A stretch of DNA of 64,000 nt from Dipteris shenzhenensis (Eukaryota): assembly GCA_047967505.1 (NCBI GenBank), contig CM106538.1; one strand, written 5' to 3'. The notes under the pieces were generated by a model, which saw nothing but the letters and a program-made list of their open reading frames with translations, was not told the DNA's origin and did no database searches. Position 1 is the stretch's first letter, and every line of letters starts with the position of its first letter. The translations under genes and the position numbers were made by a program. Below are positions 1-11,966 of this stretch, piece by piece.

Positions 1-3000
1 GAGGTTTGGTGATATTACCTTCCATTTTGGCATATACATTTGGGTGCACCTAGTATTTGGTGTGATTTCTCTCTTGCAGGTACTAGCATTTGGGATTTTG
101 TTTCATTAGCATCATGGCATCCTCTTCCATGTCTGAAGAAGAGATTTTCAGCATTAAAAAGTTTGATGGGACAAACTTTTCTTTATGGAAGGAATAGATA
201 AGGGATGTGCTTATTCAAAAAAAGCAGATTAGACCCTTGGCAGGGATTGGAGCTAAGCCTATAGATATGTCTGAGGATGATTGGAATGAGTTGGATACAT
301 TAGCAAAGTCTACTATTGGACTTCATCTTGTAGAGTCAGTTTATTTCACAATAGTAAATGATATGACTACGAAAGATTTGTGAAAGAAAGTATGTGCCAC
401 TTATGAGAGAGAAACTACCTCTAATAAAGTTTACCTCGTGAAGAGGTTTGAGCTACAGATGAAGGGATGGGTCTCCATTGCATCTCACTTGAATGAATTC
501 AATATTATTTTCAGCCAGCTTCAAGCTCAAAAGTATGTGGAGATTAAGGCCATATTCCTCTTATGTTTGCCATCCTCATGGGATACCTTCCATACAGTTG
601 TCAGTAACTCTGCACCTGATGGAGTACTGAAGTTTGATGTTGCTATGGGTAGCTTGTTGGTCAAGGAGATTGGATGGAAGTCTATGGATGGCAACAAGCA
701 GAATGCATCCTTAAATGCACAAATGGGTAGATCATAGTTCAGGGGGAAGTTCCAAGAAAGATGGAAGTCTCATAGTAAGGGCACACAACATTGAGTGTTA
801 CCATTGTGGCAAGAAGGGCCACATGAAAAATGATTGCTACAAGCTGAAAAGAGAGCAAAAGGATAAGAAAAATAATGAAAATTGGGGAGCAAATAAGAAG
901 GAAGAGAGTCCAAGGGAGGACACAAGAAAAATGAAAATCAAGGAGAATAATGCAGTCATCACTAAATAGTGACAATGACATTCCTTTCATGACTAGTCTA
1001 CCTGCAGACTTGCTTACCACTTCAGATGATGCATATTCCTAGGATTGGATTTTGAATTCTAGTGTTTCATTCCATGTTTCATTCCATGTTACTCCCCATA
1101 GGGAATGGTTCTCCACTTATGACAGTGGAAAGACAGGTTGTGTGCATCTTGGAAATAACTATGTATGTGACATAGTGGGAGCAAGTGACATACAGTTTTC
1201 TTTTGCAAGTATGCATTTGTTTTGAAAAATGTGAGGCATGTGCCTAAGCTGACCAAGAGTCTCATTTTAGCAGATCAGCTAGATGATGGTGGTTTTTAGA
1301 CCACTTTTGGCTTTCAGAGTTGGAAAATTTAGAAGGCCTCTATGGTTTTGGCCAAGGGTGCCAAGTGTGGGATTTTGTACCCCTTACATGTATCAGGGGT
1401 GTCCGATCATGTTGTTGCAATAATTGTGTAGCCAAATACTTCTTTGTGGCATTGCAGGTTGGGACACATGAGCCAAAATGGAATGAAACTCTTATGCCAT
1501 TTGGGTTATGTACCGCATTTGAGTTTTTCTGACTTTGAATTTTGTGAGCATTGTCTTTATGGGAAGCAGACTAAATCAGCCCATAAAAGAAGGGGAAAGA
1601 AAGATCTTGAAAGGCTTGATTTGGTGCATTCAAACGTATGTGGTCCCATGCCTACACAGTCATTAGGAGAGGTTGAATACTGTGTGACATTCATTGATGA
1701 TGCAACTAGGAAACTGTGGGCTTATGCTAGAGCTTAGAAGAGCGATGTATTCTAGGTATTTCCGAAATGGTTGGCTTTGGTTAAAAATCAGGCAGGTAGA
1801 ATGCTTAAATGCCTACAGACTGACAATGGTAAAGAGTATCTCTCTCATGACTTTTAGCATTTCTATGATACACATGGGATCAAGAGGGAGCTCACGTCCC
1901 CTCGTACTCCAGAGAAAAATCCCATTGTAGAACAAATGAACTGCACCATTCAGGAAAGGTTACAATGTATGATTTCCAATGCAAGTCTTTTTGGTGGTTT
2001 TTGAGGCAATGAAGACTACAATTCATGTGATCAATAAATCACCTAGTAAGAGTTTGGATGGTGGTAATCCTGAAGAGGCATGGAGTGGCAAGAACCCCTC
2101 TTACTCGCATTTGCATATATTTGGGTGTGAGGCATATGCACATGTTCCAAAAGAGCTTCGAAAGAAGCTAGATCCTAAGTCTAGGAAATGCATCTTTTTG
2201 GGTTATGGTGAAAGTGGAGAGATGGGCTATCATCTCTGGGATTCAGAAGCAAAGAAGATCATATGAAGCCATGATGTGGTCTTCAATGAGAAGAAGATGC
2301 ATAAGACACCAATGAGGGATGTGGAAATGAGGAGAATCACTTTTCAGTATGTGAATCCACCCACAGATGTTGATAGACACAATGCACCTAATGTGTGCAG
2401 GAAATGGTGCCCCCAAGTACTCCCACAGGTACACAATCAAGGGCAGATGATGGATCATCTATTAATGGAAATAATGAGCCAAATGTGGCTGATATGCAGG
2501 CAAGACAGCAAGTTGAAAATCCCTTGAGAAGATCATCTAGACTGTCTAGACCTCCTAAGAGATTTGTTCCAAGGGTAGACTATGTGATGCTTACTGATTG
2601 CCGAGAGCCTTCTTGCTACACAGAGGCTATGATGCACAAGGGTCAGCACAAGTTGTAGTATGCTATGCAATCAAAGATGAGTTCACTCGTAAAGAATAAG
2701 ACTTGGGACTTGGTTTCTTTGCCACATGGAAAGAAAGCATTGCCATGTAAATGGGTCTACAAGATGAAGGTCACAGGTGATGATGTGCCTAAATACATGG
2801 CCCATTTAGTTGCTAAAGGGTTCAAGCAAGAGAAGGGTGTGGACTTTGATGAGATCTTCTCTTTGGTTGTGAAGATGACCACACTTAGATGTGTACTTGG
2901 ACTTGTGGTAGCAGACGATAAGGAGCTTATGTAGATCGATATCAAGATAGCTTTCTTGCATGGGGATTCGCATGAGGAAATTTATAAAGTACAATCGGAA

Positions 3001-4385
3001 GGCTTTGAAGAAAAGGGCAAAGAGCATTTGGTTTGCTAGCTGAAAAAGAGTCTCTACCACCTTAAGCAAGTGCCTAGAGAATGCTATCACAAGTTTGATA
3101 CTTTCATTTGGTCCCAGGGTTTCAAAAGAAGTGAGATTGATCACTGTCTCTACACTAAAAGGGCTAAGGATAATAGCCTGATACTCATGGCATTTTATGT
3201 GGATGATATACTATTGGCTAGCAAGAACACTTATGAGCTAGATGCATTGAAGGCCAAGTTGCATGAGGCCTTTGACATGAAGGATTTGGCACCTGTAGGT
3301 CATATACTTGGTATGTGCATCACACGTGACTGGAGTAGGAAACTTCTTTGGATTTCAGAGAAGCAGTATGTTACAAAAGTGTTGCAGCATTTCAACATGG
3401 AGGGAGGGAAGGCAGTAAGTACTCCATTGCGTCCATATGTGAAACTAAGTCAGACAAATAGTCCCAAATCAAATGAGGAGAGGGCCCTGATGGCCAAGGT
3501 TCCTTATGCATCAGCGTTTGGGAGTCTTATGTATGCTATGATAGCTACTAGACCGAACATTGCATTTGCAGTGGGAGTTGTTAGTCGGTATATGGCTAAT
3601 CCAGGAAAGAGGCATTGGGAGGTAGTTAAGTGCATCATGAGGTACATCAAGGGTACCAAGTAGATGTACATTTGCTTTGGAAGAGGAGAGATATGTGTAC
3701 TTGGATATACATATTTAGACTATGCAAACATGTGGATAGTAGGACATCCACTTCTGGTTATGTATTCACCTTTGTAGGTGGTGCAGTGTCGTGGATGTCT
3801 CATGCACAGAAGTGCTTTGCTTTGTCTATCATAGAGACCGAGTATGTTGCAGCCACATACGGTTGCAAGGAGGCTATATGGCTTGATCACAGCTAGAGGG
3901 ATATTTGGGTATTCATACATGTGTACCAACATTGCATATGATTCCATGAGTAATATTCAGCTAGTATGGAATCTGATCTTTCATGCAAAGACCAAACACA
4001 TTGAGGTCAGGTACCATTTCATCAAGTACTTGAGGACAAGCACATAGAGCTTGTTAAGGTTCATACAAATGATAACCCTGTAGACATGCTGATGAAGAGT
4101 CTACCTAGTCAGTAGTTTGAGTATTATCATGTATTGATGGGCATTGGATAGTGTGACCATTGGTTGTTCTCCCTTAAAGGCACATTGGCCTTTAAGTGGG
4201 AGGTTGTGGGGGTTAAAGGCCATTGTACCTTAACCCCAGCTATGTATAATACTCAAACACATATATATATGGATGACATAGAAGATTAGCATGTTCTGCC
4301 CCCACCAAAACTTGTATGCCTCTCTCTTCTGGGTCTCTCTCTCTCTCACCTTCTTCCATTCCACTTCCGTTGTTAATATCTCTCA
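1..4385 (+). mobile_element. Ty1/Copia LTR retrotransposon copy 1, degenerate, 5' end outside window
   Basis: gag ATG at 114, CCHC knuckle CYHCGKKGHMKNDC, GAG-pre-integrase WHCRLGH, integrase LVHSNVCGP, RT FYVDDILL, RNase H TKHIEVRYHF, stop TAG 4149-4151, PPT AAGTGGGAGG 4194-4203, 3' LTR 4205-4385; many stops and frameshifts. Confidence 0.95.
4205..4385 (+). repeat. 3' LTR of Copia copy 1 (181 bp, TG...CA)
   Basis: Starts TGTGGGGGTTAAAGG right after the PPT, ends TCTCA; homologous to the LTRs at 6057 and 11782. Confidence 0.9.
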
Positions 4386-6056
4386 TTAAGAGGCATTACA
4401 AAAAGCTTTTATTGTAGGGTTCACCCCCATTGGTCATAAGTGGAGCCTGATTAATCAATTATATGAGGTGAAACAGAATAACAAGGAATACCTCTGTGAT
4501 TACATCGGTAGGATCAAACACCTCAATTCTCACTGCGAACTGCATGAGAGGATGAGCGACAAATGATTGTTGCCACACTTCCTCATTAGATTGGTAGACT
4601 CAAAGCTAGATATGACCACTTAACACTTCCTTTGAACTTTGTAGCAAAGTATCCATCCGTACAAGTGATACTATGATGGATAAGGTTGTCCAAGACAAAA
4701 CTACAACTCCATCCGAGGTATCACAATTGTAAGGTCTTCCAGTAGTATGGAGCCTACCAAGAAGGAGAACAATGAACCTAAGGGTTTGGATATGAGCGAG
4801 TTGGCCTCCAACCTACTGAATTAGCTAGGCCAATAGATGAATTCAGGGACCTCCAAGGAAACATGAGTAACCCCCACTTGTTTCCCAAGAGGGACAATGT
4901 TTGGTGTAGGATATGCAATGGCAATCACCCCTCCAATGAGTGCCCCCACCTTAGGTTAAGGCAAGCCCTCTACTTTGCACATTGCTATAGATGGGGACAC
5001 CACAACACCTCCCAATTTCGATTTCCAAAGATCCTTCCTCGATTGATCTATCAAACAAGACCCTCATTAACCCTAACGGGCCCTCCCAACCCGATGAATG
5101 CACAAGGTACCCCTCTAGCCAATCCAGAGCAATATAGGACATAATAGGCTCCCTTACCACCACCTATACTAGGTTCGCAAAATCACCGCAACCTCATATA
5201 ATGCCAGTCAATAAATTGTTAGTGGAGGAACTACCCAATGATTGAGAGGATAAGGATCATGAGCACGGACACCCTGAGTATTAGCCTTATGAGGAGAGAA
5301 GTGGCATCATAAGTCACTACCTCCTACAGGAGGATCAACACATGTCCCCTTGTTCCAAACAACGCCCGTGACCATGAGGGAAGAGACATGAACTTCGTAA
5401 TGCAAAGGCCCCCAATCCAATGCTATACTTACCAAGGTCAACACAAGCAAGTGAATGCTCATATAAGGGCTCAACGAACCCCCCCGTGTCATGCTTTAAA
5501 TGCCAAGGGCCACATTTTCTAAAGGACTACCCATATAGGGATCTTACCCCAATGGTTCCACCCACAACAAGCATCATGCCCTTGTGTGCTAGGTGTAGAG
5601 TGGACCATTTATTCAAGGATTTCCCCCTAAGGAGACCAACAACTCCGGCCACCCCGCCCAAGAGTACTAGCATCAATTTGTTGCGTTTTGAATAGGGCCA
5701 AGTAGCGGTAGTACACTTGAAGGTCATCACAAGGATGCAAGCAAGGGCCTTAGGCAACGAAATGAAAAAGTAGGCAAGGAAGGACAAAACATCTATGCCG
5801 CAAAATCCTGAGGTGCCCCATCCCCCATAGGTCAGGTCCAAGAAGGTCACCCGGTTGGGTGAAGGAACGAACCAAGTGCTCATCCAAGATAGTTCACCTT
5901 CAGACAACAAGCCCCCTCCTAGGATGACCCAAGTATACCCCGGTACTCAAATGTAAACAAGCCAGTGTGGGCCCAAGGCCTCACACCCTCACCCTTGTAT
6001 ACAGAAACATATCCAGACCTAGCCTTGGAAAACAACACTTACTAGACACTCATAAC

Positions 6057-6227
6057 CGTGGGGGTTAAAGGTCACTGTGCCTTTACCCCAGTTATGTACA
6101 ATACTCAAACACATATATAAATGAATGAAAAAGAAGATTAGGGTGGTTCTGCACCCACCAAAACTTGTGTGACTCTCTGTTTCTCTCTCTCACTCTTCTG
6201 TTCTTGCTTCCATTGAGAGCACTCTCA
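6057..6227 (+). repeat. 5' LTR of Copia copy 2 (171 bp)
   Basis: About 10 substitutions versus the 3' LTR; terminal TG mutated to CG; followed by AC + PBS. Confidence 0.95.
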
Positions 6228-7677
6228 ACTGGTATCAGAGCCCGGGTGATCTAGCTGAGCGTGTGTGAATGCTTGGAAGCTCAGCAGCTCTGTGGGAGAA
6301 AGGAGAAGCTCTGTGGGAAGCTTTGTGGGTGACTTTACTTGCATCCAAATGTGTAGGGACCTTGGAGGAACCTTTGGAAAAGTCACTTTGGCTTTGCGAA
6401 GTGGTTTTGAGAGCTTGTTAAGTGTTTTCAAAGAAAAAGTCGTTTTTTGAGCTTTTCCCTGTTCTGTTCGATGACAGAGACTCCGTATTGACTTGTAGAG
6501 GCAACTATTAATTGCTTTTGGTATCCACTTCACTTCAGGAGCTTGGAAACACCTTCATTCTTGAATCTGGGATCATTTCATTGGATTTCTGACTCACTGT
6601 GTCAGTTTCTGCGTTTTTCTGCCCGGGTGTTGGAACTCAAGTTTGGAGTAACCATTTGCAGATCTGTCAGTTCCGGTGGACTCAGGAGGTCCTAAACTTC
6701 TATGTTGCTCATCATTCACACTCTGGTGGAGTTTACAAATAGCTCTGTTTCTAAAAACGTTTTTCAGTTCGTGTGTTGGACCCAGTGATTGAGACCACGG
6801 TTTCCAAAACCGTCTGTCCCATTGCGTTCCGATGCCTAAAAACCACTACCTGTTAGTTCTTATGTGATTCGGTGGAGGATTTTCAGAGTTATAGATCTTT
6901 GTGTATTTGATTTCGTCTCTATGTTATGCATTTTTCATTCTAAGGTTTTGAAACCTTAGATTTATGCCACATGGCAATGGATAAGTGTTGACTCCCATTT
7001 CTCACTCATCACTTGAGATTTTGGAGTTTCAGCAGAAGAGAGATATTTGCAGATTTTCTTGCTGAGTCCGAGTATACAATGGCACCCATGTTTTGAGGCA
7101 TCTCAGGTTCTATTTTCAGTAGCGGTCATTACCGTGGGACTATGATTTCTTAAGCATACCTTATGCAGATCACTCTGGTTGCAGTTTGAGCAGTGTGTGC
7201 TCATTTGTGGTGTGCATTGGGTTGCAGTGGATGATTTATAGGCCATTTGGATGCATTGCGGTCCTTATTGGATGTGCTAATAGGCCCAAATTGCCTTGTG
7301 GGATGGTATTTTTATGGATGCTTTGCACATGGATGTTATCTTATGCTGAGGGATAGCTTTGACACATTGTAGGTGATGCACTGATAGTGCTATGCTCTCT
7401 TGGATGAGATATTATTAATGCATATGCCAGTGGATGGCGTTTATGCTTGAGTCATTTGGCACTTATTGGCATTTTGGATTGCCATTGCAGTTGGCATTTT
7501 CTTTTGGGCCATATTTGCTCATATGGATGCATAGTATATGCACAAGTCAGATGCTTTGAGACATGAGTTTTGGTGATATTTCACTCTATTGTGGCATACA
7601 CACTTGGGTGCACCTGGTATTTGGTGTGATTCTCTCTTGCAGGCACTAGCATTTCAGATTTTTGCTTCATTTGCATC

Positions 7678-10600
7678 ATGGCATCCTCTTCCATGTGTGA
7701 AAAGGAGTTTTTCAACATTAAAAAGTTTGATGGGACAAACTTTTCTTTGTGGAAAGAGCAAATAAGGGATGTGCTTATTCAAAAGAAGCAAATTAAACCC
7801 TTGGCAAGGATTGAAGCTAAGCCTGCAAATATGTTTGAGGATGATTGGAATGAGTTGGATGCATTAGCAAAATCTACTATTGGACTTTATCTTACAGAGT
7901 CAGTTTATTTCACAGTAGTAAATGAGCAGACTATGGCAGATTTGTGGAAGAAACTGTGTGCCACTTATGAAAAGGAAACTACCTCTAATAAAGTTTACCT
8001 CATGAAGAGGTTGTTTGAGCTACAGATGAAGGAAGGGGTCTCCATTCTTCTCACTTGAATGAATTCAATATTATTTTCAGCCAGCTTTAGGCTCAGAAGA
8101 TGAATTTTGATGCGGAGACTAAGGCAATATTTCTCTTATGTTCATTGCCATCCTCATGGGATACCTTCCGTATAGCTGTCAATAACTCTGCACCTGGTGG
8201 AGTACTGAAATTTGATGATGTTGTGGGTAGCTTGTTGGCCGAGGAGATTAGACAGAAGTCTATGGATGGCAACAAGCAGGATGCAGCCTTAAATGTGCAA
8301 AGGGGCAGATCACAGTTCAGGGGGAAGTCCCAAGAAAGAGGGAAGTCTCGTAGCAAATCCAGGGCACGGAACATTGAGTGTTACCACTGTGGCAAGAAGG
8401 GTCATATGAAAAAGGATTGCTACAAGCTAAAAAGAGAACAAAAGGATAAGAAAAAGAATGCAAATTGGGGTGCAAATCAAAAGGAAGAGAGTCCAAGGGA
8501 GGACAAAGGAAAAGTGAAGATCGAGGAGATCTATGCAGTCACACATGATAGTGACAATGACATTCTCTTCATGTCTAGTTTATCTGCAGAGTTGCTTAGC
8601 ACTTCAGATGATGCATACTCCTAGGATTAGATTTTGGATTTTGGTGCTTCATTCCATGTTACTCCCATAGGGAATGGTTCTCCACTTATGACAGTGGAAA
8701 GACAGGTTGTATGCATCTTGCAAATGACTATGCATGTGACATAGTGGGAGTAGGTGACATAAAGTTTTCTTTTGCAAATGGGTCTGCATTTGTTTTGAAA
8801 CATGTGAGACATGTGCCTAAGTTGACCAAGAGTCTTATTTCAGTGGGTCCGCTAGATGATGCTGGTTTTCACACCACTTTTGGCTTTCAGAGTTGGAAAA
8901 TTCAAAAGGGCTCTATGCTTTTAGCCAGGGGTGCCAAGTGTGGGACTTTGTATCCTTTACATGTATCAGGGGTATTTGATCATGTTTGTTACAATAACCG
9001 AGCAGCCAAGCACTTTTTTGTGGCATTGCAGATTGGGGCACATGAGCCAGAATGGAATAAATCTCTTATGCCATTTGGTTATGTACTGCATTTGAGTTTC
9101 TCTGATTTTGAATTTTGTGAGCACTGTCTCTATGGGAAGGAGACTAAATCAGCCCATAAAAGAAGGGGAAAGAAAGATTTTGAAAAGCTTGATTTGGTGC
9201 ATTCAGACGTATGTGGTCCCATGCCTACACGGTCATTAGGCGGGGCTAAATACTATGTGACATTCATTAATGATGCAACTAGGAAAGTGTGGGCTTATGC
9301 TATAGCTCAGAAGAGTGATGTGTTCCACGTATTTCAGAAATGGTTGGCCTTGGTTGAGAATCAGTCAGGTAGAACGCTTAAATGCCTATGGACTGACAAT
9401 GGTGGAGAGTATCTCTCTCATGCCTTTCAGCATTTCTATGATACACATGGGATTAAGAGGGAGCTCACATCCCCTCGTACTCCAGAGCAAAATCCAGTTG
9501 CAGAAAAGATGAACCGTACCATTCAAGAAAGGTTGCAATGCATGCTTTCCAATGCAAGTCTTTCTGGTGGTTTTTGGGCTGAGGCAATGAAGACTGCAGT
9601 GCATGTGATCAATAGATCACCTAGTAAGAGTTTGGATGGTGGTATTCCTGAAGAGGCATGGAGTGGCAAGAAGCCCTCTTACTCTCATCTGTGTATATTT
9701 GGGTGTAAGGCATATGCACATGTGCCGAAAGAGCTTCGAAAGAGCTAGATCCTAAGTCTAGGAAATGCATCTTTCTGGGTTATGGTGAAAGTGGAGAGAT
9801 GGGCTATCATCTCTGTGATACAGAAGCAAAGAAGATCATACACAGTCATGATGTAGTCTTCAATGAGAAGAAGATGCATAAGGCACCCATGAGGGATGTG
9901 GAAATAAGGAGAATCACTTTCTAGGATATGAATCCACCTACATATGTTGATAGACAGCAAGGTGTTCATGCACCAAATGTGCAAGAAATGGTACCACCAA
10001 GTACTCCCACAGGTATACAATCAAGGGTAGATGATGGATCATCTATTGGTGGAAATGATGAGCCAAATGTGGCTGATATGCAGGTGGGACAGCAAGCTGA
10101 AATGCCCTTGAGAAGATCATCTAGAGTGTCTAGACCGCCTGATAGGTTTGTTCCAAGGGTAGACTATGTGATGCTTATTGATTGTGGGGAGCCTTCTTGC
10201 TACAGAGAGGCTATGATGCGCGAGGATCAAAGCAAGTGGGAGTATGCTATGCAATCAGAGATGAGTTCACTTATGAAGAATAAGACTTGGGACTTGGTCT
10301 CTTTGCCACATGGAAAGAATTGCCATGTAAATGGGTCTACAGAATGAAGGTCACAGGTGATGATGTGCCTAGGTACAAGGCCCATTTGGTCGCTAAAGGG
10401 TTCAAGCAAGAGAAGGGTGTGAACTTTGATGAGATACTCTCCAGTTGTGAAGATGACCACACTTAGATGCATGCTTGGACTAGTGGCATCAGAGGATATA
10501 GAGCTTATGCAGATGGATGTCAAGACAGCTTTCTTGCATGGGGATTTGCATGAGGAAATCTGCATGGTGCAACCGAAAGGCTGTGAAGAAAAGGGCAAAG

Positions 10601-11728
10601 AGCATTTAGTTTGCAAGTTGAAGAAGAGTCTCTATGGTCTTAAGCAAGCACCTAGAGAATGGTATCAAAAGTTTGATGCTTTCATTCGGTCCCAAGTTTT
10701 AGGAGTGAAATTGATCACTGCCTCTACACTAAAAGGGCTAAGGATAATAGCCTGATAATCTTGGCACTATATGTGGATGATATGCTATTGGCTAGCAAGA
10801 ATACTTATGAGCTAGATGCATTAAAGGCCAAGTTGTATGAGGCCTTTGATATGAAGGATTTAGGGCTTGCAGGTCATATTCTTGGTATGCGCATCACACG
10901 TGATCGGAGTAGGAAACTCCTTTGGCTTTCACAAAAAGAGTATGTTACAAAAGTATTGCAACATTTCAATATGGAGGGGGGGAAGGCAGTGAGTACTCCA
11001 TTGCCTCCATATGTGAAACTGAGTCATACAAATAGTCCCAAATCAGATGAGGGAAGGGCCATGATGGCCAAGGTTCCTTATGCATCAGCATTTGGGAGTC
11101 TTATGTATGCTATGATAGGTACTAGACCAGACATTGCATTTGCAGTGGGAGTTGTTAGCCGGTATATGGCTAATCCAAGAAAGAGCATTGGGAGGCAGTT
11201 AAGTGCATCATGAGGTACATGAAGGGTACCAAGGAGATGTGCATCTGCTTTGGTAAAGGAGACATGCATGTACTTGGGTACACAGATTCAGACTATGCAG
11301 GGCATGTGGATAGTAGGAGATCCACTTCTGATTATGTGTTCACCTTTGCAGGTGGTGCAGTGTCGTGGATGTCTCGTGCACACGAGTGTGTTGCTTTGTC
11401 TACCACAGAGGCTGAGTATGTTGCAGCCACAAAGGGTTGCAAGGAGGCTATATGGCTTGATCGGCTAGTGGGAGATTTGGGGATTCATACAGGTGTACCG
11501 ACATTGCATAGTGATTCTATGAGTGCTATTTAGCTAGCACAGAATCTGGTCTTTCATGCAAAGACCAAATACATTGAGGTTAGGCACCATTTCATCAGAG
11601 AGGTACTTGAGGACAAGTGCATAGAGCTTGTCAAGGTTCATACAGATGATAACCCTACAGATATGCTGACGAAGAGTCTACCTAGTCAACAGTTTGAGTA
11701 TTATCGTGTATTGATGGGCATTGGATAG
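7678..11728 (+). pseudogene. Copia gag-pol polyprotein pseudogene
   Basis: ORF pieces 7678-8058, 8100-8624 (CCHC), 8711-9748 (integrase HSDVCGP, TDNGGEY), 10426-11213 (RT YVDDML), 11210-11533 (RNase H YTDSDYAG), separated by stops and frameshifts. Confidence 0.93.
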
Positions 11729-11781
11729 TATGCTCACTAGTTGTTCTCCCTTAAAGGCACATTGTCCTTCAAGTGGGAGGT

Positions 11782-11966
11782 TGTGGGTGTTAAAGGTCAC
11801 TATGCCTTTACCCCGGTTATGTACAATACTCAAACACATATATAAATGAATGAAAAAGAAGATTAGGGTGGTTCTGCACCCATGGTTCTACACCCAGCAA
11901 AACTTGTGTGGCTCTCTGTTTCTCTCTCTCCCTCTTCCGTTCTTGCTTTCGTTGAGAGCACTCTCA
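11782..11966 (+). repeat. 3' LTR of Copia copy 2 (185 bp)
   Basis: TG...CA; carries a 14-bp internal tandem duplication (TGGTTCT(G/A)CACCCA) absent from the 5' LTR. Confidence 0.95.

Larger units (their letters stand above)
6057..11966 (+). mobile_element. Full-length Ty1/Copia LTR retrotransposon copy 2 (5910 bp), decayed ORFs
   Basis: 5' LTR 6057-6227, PBS TGGTATCAGAGCC 6230-6242 (tRNA-iMet type), gag ATG 7678, pol to TAG 11726-11728, PPT 11771-11780, 3' LTR 11782-11966, TSD ATAAC at 6052-6056 and 11967-11971. Confidence 0.97.
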
